Shown: one piece after another, positions 17,548-26,450 of the stretch
Numbering within the stretch: position 1 is the stretch's first letter
Layout of the letters: every line of letters begins with the position of its first letter
IMG/VR virus record: IMGVR_UViG_3300014656_001725
Span: 1 to 39,421 of that record
Reading direction: 5' to 3' (one strand)
Source: a virus
Lineage: Duplodnaviria > Caudoviricetes
Length of the DNA: 39,421 bases
Program-made: the position numbers and the translations under genes
Notes under the pieces: model-generated
Told to the model about the DNA's origin: nothing
The model's input: only the letters and a program-made list of their open reading frames with translations
The model's database searches: none

Positions 17548-19667
17548 ACTCTTCCTTTTTCAAAAATCTCACTAAATAGAGCACTTGTTGGGCTTCTCTC
17601 ACATTTGATTAGTTCTATTGATGCTATTAATTCACTATCCTTAGCAATCGAACTATTAACTAGCCTATATAGTCCTGTTTTATCCTTAGCTATATCTTCG
17701 TCCCTCTGGTTTAAATCCCCTAGGATTGCTATTTTAGAGCCATCTCCTACACGAGTGCCAAGAGTTTCTATCTCCATAGCATTGAGTGGTTGTGCCTCAT
17801 CACAGATGATGAATGCATTTGCCCAGCTTGCTCCTCTAATTAGCTGTAGAGGTATAAACTCTATGTCATATTGGTCTAAAATATGTCTAACGGATTTCTT
17901 CTTTCCGCTCCCTTTAACAAGATGTTCTATGTTGCACATATAGCATTCTAAATAGGGCTCAAATTTTTCTGCCGAAGTATTGTGAGTAACAATATAATCA
18001 TTAGTTATATATAGATGGCTAGGATGAGAGATTTTTATACATTGTACTTCTGCTTTCTTAGAATATTCAACCTTATCTATCCAGCTACCATGTATAAACT
18101 TTTGATTATAACGATTATATTTTCTTCTAGTAAAGAATGGATTATATTTTTCAGGAAGACTAACTGTAAATTCATATATAATATGTTTTGATTTAATTTT
18201 ACATGTTTCATGTTCTGATTCTTGATTCCTTCTATCTCTTGTACAAAGAGTAGTCCGACCCCCAAGGGAACGAACTATACTTTGTACGCCTTCAGCTAAG
18301 GCTTTAGAGATAGTACAAAAAGAAGATTCTCCATTTTCTTTTACTGAACCATCTGTATCCATTAATCCTCTCAAAACTTCTAATCGAGTTTCTATATCAT
18401 TGTAAATATAAATATCAGGAATAAATTTAGAGAGTGCATTGCAAAATAATAATCCTAAATTATCTAGTTCTCTCTTGACTGGATTAGTCCATCTACTTTC
18501 CAGAGACACAAATTCAAATAAATAATTTTCTTTTGGTTGTCCTGAGTTGCATGCATAGTTTATGTTATTCCGACTGAATCTAGTCTCTTGTATTGCAACT
18601 CCAATACGTGGATATATAGCAGTTTTTCCTGTTAAAAGATTAGTGACACGAACTGGGGGGCCGGTTTTTGTGTAAGCATTCTCTAATCTAGATATAGAAT
18701 AGTTAATTTTTGCCGTATCGAGTGGACTAACTATATCACAGTCTAAACTAGCTAGTTCATTTGATACTCTCTGTAAAATTTCTTCATCTGTATTAGAAAA
18801 TGATACATTATGAGAGAAACTTCCGTCTCCTAATAGCGCTCCAAGCAAATATGGAGGAATACTTATCTCTTGTTTTTTAAACTGAGCTGCTCCATTTCTT
18901 GGTAGCCTATGATTTGCTTTTGATTGGTGATAGCCATATATTTTTTCTTTGTACAGTGTTTCCTTAATCTCTCCAGTAGTTCTTATTCTTCCTAATTTGT
19001 TTCGTTTTCTTTCTTCAGCAGTTTGCGTATACCACAGGTGATCAATGCAACATTTTGTACATGTTCCGTCTGTTGTATGAACTATATATGTATCTTTAAT
19101 ACCTTTAGGATATACGCCTTCAACAATAGCTACTTCTCCATTACCAGCTATTACTTCGTCTCCAACTTTAATATTACCCATAGTAGTCCATCCAGTTGGA
19201 GTAAGAATTTTAGCTTCTAGTGGTTGAGGGCCCGGGAGGTAGCCTAGTCCATGTTTACCTACCCAACTCATTGGCTTTGTAAGAATTATTCTCTTTTGAG
19301 TCCCGGTTTCTATTGCATTAAGTGCTGCTGCGAGGCACAAGAGCGACTTTCCACTCCCGGCTATGCCAGTAAGAGCTGTTACGGTTATTGAAGGGTCAGT
19401 AAGGGCGTCTAGAGCCATGCTTTGTTCTTTATTCCTCGGCCGGACACCAGAGATATTGTACCCGTTGGTGGTCCTTATTAGACATAGCTTATCCTTCTTA
19501 CATCTAGTAATAGCTGACTTCTGGACCCCTACATTATCTTTAAGAATTATATACTCGTTCTGATAGAACTTATAGGTTCTGTTAAATGATGTTTCTATAT
19601 ATCCATCTTTATATACTTGATCTATCAATTCTGAACGAATTTCGATTACTCGGACGCCAGTGTACAT
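17544..19667 (-). CDS. phoH: PhoH-family ATPase with intein (290 aa after splicing)
   Basis: PRNKEQ, GIAGSGKS, LGYLPG|T.AEKFEPY, IRGAS, ICDEAQ, GDLNQRD, ERS. Confidence 0.92.
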   Translation of the reverse strand: MYTGVRVIEIRSELIDQVYKDGYIETSFNRTYKFYQNEYIILKDNVGVQKSAITRCKKDKLCLIRTTNGYNISGVRPRNKEQSMALDALTDPSITVTALTGIAGSGKSLLCLAAALNAIETGTQKRIILTKPMSWVGKHGLGYLPGPQPLEAKILTPTGWTTMGNIKVGDEVIAGNGEVAIVEGVYPKGIKDTYIVHTTDGTCTKCCIDHLWYTQTAEERKRNKLGRIRTTGEIKETLYKEKIYGYHQSKANHRLPRNGAAQFKKQEISIPPYLLGALLGDGSFSHNVSFSNTDEEILQRVSNELASLDCDIVSPLDTAKINYSISRLENAYTKTGPPVRVTNLLTGKTAIYPRIGVAIQETRFSRNNINYACNSGQPKENYLFEFVSLESRWTNPVKRELDNLGLLFCNALSKFIPDIYIYNDIETRLEVLRGLMDTDGSVKENGESSFCTISKALAEGVQSIVRSLGGRTTLCTRDRRNQESEHETCKIKSKHIIYEFTVSLPEKYNPFFTRRKYNRYNQKFIHGSWIDKVEYSKKAEVQCIKISHPSHLYITNDYIVTHNTSAEKFEPYLECYMCNIEHLVKGSGKKKSVRHILDQYDIEFIPLQLIRGASWANAFIICDEAQPLNAMEIETLGTRVGDGSKIAILGDLNQRDEDIAKDKTGLYRLVNSSIAKDSELIASIELIKCERSPTSALFSEIFEKGRV
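17979..19229 (-). mobile_element. 417-aa class 3 intein with LAGLIDADG homing endonuclease
   Basis: Starts PQPLEAKILTP, block B DHLW, LLGALLGDG, LRGLMDTDG, block F VQCI, ends VTHN|T. Confidence 0.9.
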
Positions 19668-20080
19668 AGCTTTTGTTGTTCCTCCAAGATGATTTGTATG
19701 CGAGATTTCTTTTTGTCTAGGGCAAAAATGATAGAATGCATCGTTATAGGCTTACTTGATGTAACTATCTTAACATAGTTTTCCCCAAACTCTGATATAC
19801 AACCCTTATACATTACATAACTTGTATCTGAAGAGAAGACTTGAACTGTAGTCTCTTCTCCTCCTGTTTGAGTATTAATTATTTCGTTTTCCCAATGGGA
19901 TATATGGGAAGAGGTGATAGTCATTTCAGTAGTTCCTCTTAGATATTCTCTTGGATTAGTGTTTCCCATTGAGTAAATAGGAACTGTTTCTCGTTCATAG
20001 GATGCAGCACTACATGGAATCCCTTCCTTTGGCCCATGGGGAAGAAAAAGAAGTATTTTATAGGCTATTTCAGACATCAT
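19646..20080 (-). CDS. Hypothetical protein with a tail-tube-like motif
   Basis: SYERETVPIYSMGNTNPREYLRG. Confidence 0.45.
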   Translation of the reverse strand: MMSEIAYKILLFLPHGPKEGIPCSAASYERETVPIYSMGNTNPREYLRGTTEMTITSSHISHWENEIINTQTGGEETTVQVFSSDTSYVMYKGCISEFGENYVKIVTSSKPITMHSIIFALDKKKSRIQIILEEQQKLCTLASE

Positions 20081-20569
20081 TAACTATTAGTGGAATCTGT
20101 TCTGACCAGTACTTGGGAACATACTGATAAAATTTTACTCCGGCCTTAGATAATAGCTCTCTTGCTAGCTTAGTAAACCATTGATAGTGATACTTATCAC
20201 TCATATATATTACTTCTGAGATACCTGCTTGAATAATATTCCCGGCGCATACATTGCATGGAAAAAGGGTAGAGTAAAGAATACATTCCTCTGTTTGACT
20301 CTTTGCATTAAGAATTGCATTAGTCTCAGCGTGTATTATGTAAGGATACTTTGTTTTCTCTGGAGAGTCTCCTGTCCTTGACCAAGGAATACTCTCTGGA
20401 TCCACTCCTCTAGGAACTCCATTATATCCTGCAGAGATAGGTCTATTTTTTTTGTGCAGATATAAGCACCTACTTGAGTATCTGGGTCTGGCGAGCGAGT
20501 AGACATCGCTACCGCCATTAACATATTACAATCATGCCATTCTGATCTAAGGTGTCTCATTTCACTCAT
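20070..20569 (-). CDS. dCMP deaminase split by a -1 frameshift at an A8 tract
   Basis: RSPDPDTQVGA in frame 0; NRPISAGYNG, HAETNAI, PCNVC in the -1 frame; tract is T8 at 20446-20453 on +. Confidence 0.88.
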
Positions 20570-21201
20570 TTGTCCTCCAGTTCTATGACTATGGGTAGAT
20601 TAATTGGTGCATAACTTTCGCTGCAGATACTTGCATTTACATAGGTCGTAGGACCATATGACTCTATCCCATAGCTATAGTGAATGTGCCCGCAAATATG
20701 AAGCATAGGTTTAATTTCTCTAATCCTTTTGGCTAAATCTTCACATCCTACGTGGAGATAACCATGAGGGGTAAAGTCTAGGATTTTATACGGAGGACCA
20801 TGAGTAACTAATATATCTGTATCATTTGGAATTTGAGCCCAGACTCTTCTAAGCTGTTCTCCACGCTGGAGATTCCACGCCCAGTCAAAGAAGTATGGTT
20901 GCCAAGGACTCCCATAAATCTTAAATCCTTTAATTATTACCTGCTGGTCTATCAAAAAATGACAGTTAGTAAGTATCTGCCTAGCCTCTTGGACATTCTT
21001 TTCTATCCAGAAGTCATGATTCCCCGGTATTACTACCTTGTGAGGGTGAGGTAGTTCTCCTAACCATCTATTGAAGTCATATAGTGCTCCTGGCCATTTC
21101 TCTATACCAATATCTCCTGCATGAATGAGAATATCAGCATCTGGGATATCTATTTGTCTATGAAAGCCATGGGTGTCTGCAATGCAAACTATTTTGGTCA
21201 T
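20566..21201 (-). CDS. Calcineurin-like metallophosphoesterase (MPPED/239FB-like)
   Basis: DTH, HAGD, GNHD, THGPP, GHIH. Confidence 0.92.
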   Translation of the reverse strand: MTKIVCIADTHGFHRQIDIPDADILIHAGDIGIEKWPGALYDFNRWLGELPHPHKVVIPGNHDFWIEKNVQEARQILTNCHFLIDQQVIIKGFKIYGSPWQPYFFDWAWNLQRGEQLRRVWAQIPNDTDILVTHGPPYKILDFTPHGYLHVGCEDLAKRIREIKPMLHICGHIHYSYGIESYGPTTYVNASICSESYAPINLPIVIELEDK

Positions 21202-21203
21202 TA

Positions 21204-22187
21204 CTACCCCTTTTTGAGGAGATATTTCTCACTGATGAGCTTGAATATTACTCTACCACAGGAATGTTCCCAACGTTCTCGGAGTGGTTTTACTACATAT
21301 CCTTCTCTGATGTGCTTACCTAGAGTTGTTTGACCTTCAGCTAGTTCCATTAGATCTAGAGACCAAGGACCTCTATATAGTTCTGGAACCATAGGTAGTT
21401 CTAATTCCTGGCAGATTGTTACCACTTCATCCCAATTGAGATACATTCCTTTTTGGCGGGAATAGATATCAAAGACACGCAGACCTACATCTCCTTGAGG
21501 AATATCATACTCAAACCCCTTTTGGACTTGACCATATACCTCCCCATAGAAAACATGGTCTGGATATTTCTGTAGTTTCTCTGAGAGATTTAGGTTTGTA
21601 GCTGCTCTATTCCAGATAGAATTACCATCTAGTCTCTTAACCCGATGATGTGATCCAATAAAGAGTCTAGTACTATCATGAAGATACTTACTCTGCGCCC
21701 CATGTAATTTTTCTGTACAAACTACCAGTTCTCCTTCCTGAAGTACGCCCTTATATTTTCTTAGACCTTCAATATCTGTATAGGGGACTAAGATGCCTGT
21801 ATCTCTCTCAGACTCTCCAGACATATCAATCTTGATATCTGGGTCCCATTTTTCAATCTTGAGTAGTTCCTGTACGTTCTGCCCTATCTGCCACTCTGGC
21901 TCAGCTGGGACAAGGAGTCCCATACTAAAAATTCCACGTTTTTTAACAGCCTTAATACGAGAGGTCTTCTTGTCTTCATTGTCACCTGCTAGGAACGAGA
22001 ATCGTGGGTCATCTAGAGGTACAATAGAATCTATTGGGCAGTAAACTGCTAGATCACCCTCTTTAAAATCACCGGTTCTAAAAATACAAGGATAACCCTT
22101 ATTTATCTGAGTGATTGAAAGAAAATCACTGTTAGGAACCCGACCGATCTTATTTATTTGTACAACTTCTACTTTAAACTCCGACAT
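21204..22187 (-). CDS. ATP-dependent RNA ligase (DRB0094-like)
   Basis: N-terminal OB-like domain (DS, S.GL), EKLHG, YGEVYG, FDI, REGYV, FKLIS; GGAGGAG RBS before ATG 22187. Confidence 0.9.
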   Translation of the reverse strand: MSEFKVEVVQINKIGRVPNSDFLSITQINKGYPCIFRTGDFKEGDLAVYCPIDSIVPLDDPRFSFLAGDNEDKKTSRIKAVKKRGIFSMGLLVPAEPEWQIGQNVQELLKIEKWDPDIKIDMSGESERDTGILVPYTDIEGLRKYKGVLQEGELVVCTEKLHGAQSKYLHDSTRLFIGSHHRVKRLDGNSIWNRAATNLNLSEKLQKYPDHVFYGEVYGQVQKGFEYDIPQGDVGLRVFDIYSRQKGMYLNWDEVVTICQELELPMVPELYRGPWSLDLMELAEGQTTLGKHIREGYVVKPLRERWEHSCGRVIFKLISEKYLLKKG

Positions 22188-22286
22188 AAAGCTCCTCCAT
22201 TTGCTAGAATTCTTTCTGTGGGCCATCCTTTGCGCTGGCGGCCTTTTAATCTATGATATGGAACATTTCTTTGTTTTCTTTACCAT
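22169..22286 (-). pseudogene. Internally deleted homing-endonuclease-like remnant
   Basis: MVKKTKKC start joined out of frame to NVPYHRLKGRQRKGWPTERILA, like C-terminal DNA-binding ends of phage HNH endonucleases. Confidence 0.45.
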
Positions 22287-22292
22287 GAGAAA

Positions 22293-22321
22293 GGTATAAC
22301 TTATTAATTTTATTTAGTCAA
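22293..22321 (-). promoter_or_regulatory. Putative sigma70-type promoter
   Basis: TTGACT-17 nt-TATACC, 6 nt before ATG 22286. Confidence 0.4.
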
Positions 22322-22377
22322 AGATGCTTCCCAATCTTGCCTAGTTCTACTACTACTACTACTTGAAATTCTGACAT
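22318..22377 (-). pseudogene. Truncated second copy of the RNA ligase 5' end
   Basis: MSEFQVVVVVELGKIGKHL* vs intact MSEFKVEVVQINKIGRV; has its own AGGAG RBS. Confidence 0.7.
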
Positions 22378-22460
22378 TAGTCTCTCCTGTCTACTATAGT
22401 TCCAGTTGCTACTATAAAAAGAAGTACTATTGTAATAGTTCCTATGATGTATAGAGTCAT
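22377..22460 (-). CDS. 27-aa single-TM peptide absent from the ORF track
   Basis: MTLYIIGTITIVLLFIVATGTIVDRRD*; ATGA and TAATG coupling, GAGG RBS. Confidence 0.6.
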   Translation of the reverse strand: MTLYIIGTITIVLLFIVATGTIVDRRD

Positions 22461-22768
22461 GTTCCTCTCTTTGGGCAGTACCAGTCATGTCCTGGAGCAC
22501 TTATTGAGTCTGCACCACACTCACATTTTGCCTTTACCTTCATTAGAAGTTGGTACATAGCCATAAAGTTTGGGTGAGAGCTTTTTAGTTCATCTATTTC
22601 TTTGAAAGTGTAGAGCTTAACAGCTGGGTTCTTTTCAAGAAAATCTATAACAGTTTTACTTGTATGAAAATGTGGGGTACAGACATACTTCTCTCCGTCT
22701 AACTCTATGAGGTCATGTTCCATCATTTCTAGGAGGAGGAACTTCTTCCAGCGATTGGTTACTTTCAT
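22457..22768 (-). CDS. Hypothetical protein with C-terminal Zn-binding motif
   Basis: CECG...H..YCP. Confidence 0.6.
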   Translation of the reverse strand: MKVTNRWKKFLLLEMMEHDLIELDGEKYVCTPHFHTSKTVIDFLEKNPAVKLYTFKEIDELKSSHPNFMAMYQLLMKVKAKCECGADSISAPGHDWYCPKRGT

Positions 22769-24087
22769 CTATTGTCCCCTAAATGGTGGATGATAATCTC
22801 TGAAAAGATTTCTGAAACCTTGTCTAAATGCTCTACACTTCCATCAGGACCAGCTATGTGGGCTAACTCATGAATCATGGTGGAGAGAAGTTGGTTTCTG
22901 TCCTTTAGAATGAGCCTATTGAGCTGGATACAGATAGAGTCTTGTAGTTTCACGAAGCCGAGAGTAGATTTACTCATAAAATCAACTACTTGTAGCTCAT
23001 GAGGATATCTATCTCCTAATAGGTTAAGCATCCAGGATAGATTAGCCTTCTCTTCTGGCTCTAGTTCATTGACTGAATATCTTTTAGTAATTTCTTTCTC
23101 TTGATGTGTCTTCTTGGACTCAAAAGAGCCAAGTTTGCTTTCTAAGACCTTTTTGAGAGCAGATGATACTGTAATATCCTTCATTCCATAACAAGATGCT
23201 GCAAGAGATTCACTGATAGATGATACAGGAACCGCATCAGAACCATGAACTTGTTGAAAATGAGTAATTACTTTATCTATCAGGAGGTTACCAGTCCTCC
23301 AGAGACTGGATGTGACTGCTTCAGCTTCTTCAGTCTCTTCATTTAAAAGGTCATAGATTGTGCTTGCAGATACCTTGCCAGCATCTAGAGCTTGAGAGAG
23401 GACTTCGAAGATTTGTGTTTTGAGACTCCAGGGTTCTGCAATACGTCTATCTCTATCTAGGTCTACATGGAATAAATCGTATCCATACCTGTAGTTACCA
23501 GGTAGCTTGCCTACAAAGAGACCTCTTGAGAAGAGGTATCCAGCTGTATCTTCGTCTGTAAGGACTGCTCCAGAAGAGGTAGAAAGAGTTTTTTGAGGAG
23601 AGAGGAATAGAATTCTTTCCTGAATAGAAGTCCATTCTTCTTCAGTTATTTCTATCTCTGTGATGACTGTGTTTTCATATTTGACGGGGGCTATATCTAC
23701 CTTTAGTAAATCAGCATCAAAAGTATTACTATGTTCAAACTTAGGAATCCATCTTTCTGCTCCAGATTTACACCAGACAGACCTGTTCAGTCTCAGTAGA
23801 ACTAACCATGCTAGCTTGAAGCCTTCACCAAACTGACCTCTCTGTCTATTGTCTCCTGCTTTGGTGGATGTCCCTAGTAATAGAGTAGACCTATTAATAG
23901 TTATTCCCTCATTTGAGATATGGAGAATAGATTTAGTGGGCCTCTTCTTAAATTCAATATGCATTGGAAAGCCAATATCATTAGCGTCAGCAGCATTTTG
24001 AATTAATTCTCTCGTGGCTTCCCAGAGACCCCAATTCTTCACATATTCGGGGTTAATAGTTAGCTCTAAAGTAGTATTCTTCTTCAT
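22765..24087 (-). CDS. GHKL ATPase with C-terminal HExxH zincin-like domain
   Basis: RELIQNAAD, NEG, GTSTK, GQFGEGFK; IHELAH.......H. Confidence 0.8.
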   Translation of the reverse strand: MKKNTTLELTINPEYVKNWGLWEATRELIQNAADANDIGFPMHIEFKKRPTKSILHISNEGITINRSTLLLGTSTKAGDNRQRGQFGEGFKLAWLVLLRLNRSVWCKSGAERWIPKFEHSNTFDADLLKVDIAPVKYENTVITEIEITEEEWTSIQERILFLSPQKTLSTSSGAVLTDEDTAGYLFSRGLFVGKLPGNYRYGYDLFHVDLDRDRRIAEPWSLKTQIFEVLSQALDAGKVSASTIYDLLNEETEEAEAVTSSLWRTGNLLIDKVITHFQQVHGSDAVPVSSISESLAASCYGMKDITVSSALKKVLESKLGSFESKKTHQEKEITKRYSVNELEPEEKANLSWMLNLLGDRYPHELQVVDFMSKSTLGFVKLQDSICIQLNRLILKDRNQLLSTMIHELAHIAGPDGSVEHLDKVSEIFSEIIIHHLGDNR

Positions 24088-24099
24088 TTCTTTTCCTTT

Positions 24100-24357
24100 C
24101 TATTCTTCTAATCCATTTTCTTCTATCATTTCATTAATTATTGCTATGATATCGTCTACTGTACCTCTTGTAATAAATCCTTCATTACATTTGAGGTATC
24201 TCCTATCCATGTATTTCTCTGCGCGGGCAATAACTTCTTCCAGAGCCTCTCTCTGAGCCATCTTGATAGCCATAGTAGCTGCTTCAAATCCGGCAGGAGT
24301 ATCAAACCAGTAATCTCTAGCTATTGTTATATCTAGTATTTCACTTGGTGTTCTCAT
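24100..24357 (-). CDS. Hypothetical protein
   Basis: ATGA-coupled ORF. Confidence 0.6.
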   Translation of the reverse strand: MRTPSEILDITIARDYWFDTPAGFEAATMAIKMAQREALEEVIARAEKYMDRRYLKCNEGFITRGTVDDIIAIINEMIEENGLEE

Positions 24358-25022
24358 TTTCTTGCCTCTATGAACTCTTTCATATAGGGTAACGATGCGA
24401 TGAAGCTACATATACTTTCAGGGTTTTCCACTGACCATTCGGACAATCTGTGATTTCTTCTTTGAAAATACATAGATAGAGCTGTTTCATAGCTCATCAT
24501 AAAGGTAGCCTTCTGGAGGTAGCCAGAAGGAAGTAAATTCTTATATTCACGGCGGATTTCATTAGCTTTCTTAGTATCTTTAATAACTAAAGCCTGACGT
24601 AATTGTTTTCCGTACTCATTAAGTTTGTCTAGGAGCTGTGAGTCTATTGGCAGTTGAAAATCTTCTTGGGTAAGGTCTCTACTGCCTAGTTTATGCATAG
24701 TAGAACAGCTATTCCTAACTGTTGCTACCTTGTATGTGTCTAATTCAGACCATACATAAATAGGAATAGTGATGTCAAACCAGATTGTGATTTGACGGAG
24801 GAACTTACGATGTTCACTCCCGCCTTTAATGAGCTTACAAGATAGTTTTAGATCATTTGGGCCAATCTCTGGAGATTCGGGGACCTGTATGTGCCAAGGA
24901 TTAGGTGGATCATATTGGCTTATAGTAAATTTACTGTCACTCTTGTCCCATGACTCTAGAGGAGCCCTCATTCCATAGAAAGCTCTTCGGAATCCATAAA
25001 CCTCAATGTTTTCAACCTTCAT
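24354..25022 (-). CDS. ThyX-like (thymidylate synthase complementing-like) phage protein
   Basis: H.KFLR, ITIPIYVWSE, NSCSTMH, LLPSG, QRRNHRLSEW. Confidence 0.55.
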   Translation of the reverse strand: MKVENIEVYGFRRAFYGMRAPLESWDKSDSKFTISQYDPPNPWHIQVPESPEIGPNDLKLSCKLIKGGSEHRKFLRQITIWFDITIPIYVWSELDTYKVATVRNSCSTMHKLGSRDLTQEDFQLPIDSQLLDKLNEYGKQLRQALVIKDTKKANEIRREYKNLLPSGYLQKATFMMSYETALSMYFQRRNHRLSEWSVENPESICSFIASLPYMKEFIEARK

Positions 25023-25245
25023 TGTCTGAGTCCTTTGCTTCTAATGGTTTTATTGCTCTTTTTCCTGTAAGATTATGGGTAACATGTCTATAAGTAGCTG
25101 CTAAACCTTCATGGAAGTCTAGAATTGTGTCTAGCATATCTTCTCCGACTCTTATAGCTACACCAGACCTAGATAAAAGAGTTCCATCTTCATCTAATAT
25201 ATCTACCATGATTACTATCTTTTTGAGAGCTGATAAATCTTTCAT
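25012..25245 (-). CDS. Hypothetical protein
   Basis: ATGA-coupled, AAGGA RBS. Confidence 0.6.
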   Translation of the reverse strand: MKDLSALKKIVIMVDILDEDGTLLSRSGVAIRVGEDMLDTILDFHEGLAATYRHVTHNLTGKRAIKPLEAKDSDNEG

Positions 25246-25484
25246 TCCTTCTCCTTTAAAGTCTCTGCCAATCTAAGAATGAAATGTATTACATCGAATG
25301 ACAATTCTTCTGCAAGTTCTTTTAGCTCTTGGTCTGACCAGGCAGGACCAAAAAGATATTCATTCATAAACTGAGAATCATAGTCTATGCTATGTTGACT
25401 ATTGATATATGCAGCGAGGTCTGCTGGTTTGATATCTAAGTCATACAGGTTTACTTGAGTATCTATTTTGATATCATAATTCAT
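25242..25484 (-). CDS. Hypothetical acidic protein
   Basis: ATGA-coupled ORF. Confidence 0.6.
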   Translation of the reverse strand: MNYDIKIDTQVNLYDLDIKPADLAAYINSQHSIDYDSQFMNEYLFGPAWSDQELKELAEELSFDVIHFILRLAETLKEKE

Positions 25485-25639
25485 TCATTTTCCTCAAATA
25501 AATCTATTTCTTCTCCGTCTACATCAAAGTAGACTGCTTCACTATCTGGATCTAGTTGTATTAACCTAGCTAGCTCGGCTGCTTCTCTTGGAGAATCTGC
25601 ATCTATATCTATGGTCCAAGTTACTAGATATTTAGGCAT
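25481..25639 (-). CDS. Small acidic phage protein
   Basis: MPKYLVTWTIDIDADSPREAA; GGAG RBS before ATG 25639. Confidence 0.6.
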   Translation of the reverse strand: MPKYLVTWTIDIDADSPREAAELARLIQLDPDSEAVYFDVDGEEIDLFEENE

Positions 25640-26036
25640 TACTTTTCTCCGTGCACTCATTACAGAGTGTCTGTACCCAGGATTTTCCTCTAAGAGTTCC
25701 TGGCTTGCCACATACTTCACAAGTTACTTCTGATAGTCTCTCTGCTTCATCAATTAATTCGTCCATAGGTTCTACATATCCTCCCATGTAGAAACGGAGA
25801 GTCCCAAATTTTTCTTTCACTTGGACGGCACGTGGAGGATAGCTATCGTCTGGATATGTATGTATATATTTCTCTATTTCCTTTTCTAGTTTAGCAGAGA
25901 GGTCATCAATAATCTGATACCATCCATCTCCACACTCGAATCCGAATGGAATGAGAGAATGTTGAATACTTGCATCTTTATCCTTATAGAGAAGAGGATA
26001 CTTATTCCATAGTTTCTCTGTTAGTTTTTTGTTCAC
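25632..26036 (-). CDS. Conserved phage protein of unknown function
   Basis: GFECGDGW, QVKEKFGTLRFY, CEVCG.PG, C..C. Confidence 0.75.
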   Translation of the reverse strand: MNKKLTEKLWNKYPLLYKDKDASIQHSLIPFGFECGDGWYQIIDDLSAKLEKEIEKYIHTYPDDSYPPRAVQVKEKFGTLRFYMGGYVEPMDELIDEAERLSEVTCEVCGKPGTLRGKSWVQTLCNECTEKSNA

Positions 26037-26275
26037 TTTGTCATGTACCTTTTGACATATTCTTCTATTTCGTCTTCTGTATATCCTTGCCTAAGTATCC
26101 AAAGAATTTTTTCATCATCATCAAAGGCATTTATTTGTTCAGCAAGAGTATCGTGAATCTCTATTACTAGGTCTATGAGCCTATCGCTTATTTTCTCAAA
26201 GTTTTCACTTTCTTCTGAATCACCGAGAAGCTTTTCATAAATGACTCTAGCTTGTTTACTGGTCAGTCTTTTCAT
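26033..26275 (-). CDS. Hypothetical acidic protein
   Basis: GAGG RBS, tiles the operon. Confidence 0.6.
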   Translation of the reverse strand: MKRLTSKQARVIYEKLLGDSEESENFEKISDRLIDLVIEIHDTLAEQINAFDDDEKILWILRQGYTEDEIEEYVKRYMTK

Positions 26276-26450
26276 CTTTGTCCTCTCTACAGAGTTCGCA
26301 AGGATTTTCTAGGTTATGGAGATGAACATCTGGCTTATTACATTGACAGATGTAATGTGGGTTTGCCGCTGTATTTATATCGAGCTTAGTTCCACATTTA
26401 TGACAAACCATTCTCCACCTTACTGGCATGTATAGCTTATCTTCAACCAT
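26256..26450 (-). CDS. Cys-rich small protein
   Basis: CHKC, CQC, CELC. Confidence 0.6.
   Translation of the reverse strand: MVEDKLYMPVRWRMVCHKCGTKLDINTAANPHYICQCNKPDVHLHNLENPCELCREDKDEKTDQ

Noticed and set aside
22348-22362. (GTA)5 microsatellite as a phase-variation switch
   Set aside because: Triplet unit keeps frame and lies in a 19-codon gene relic
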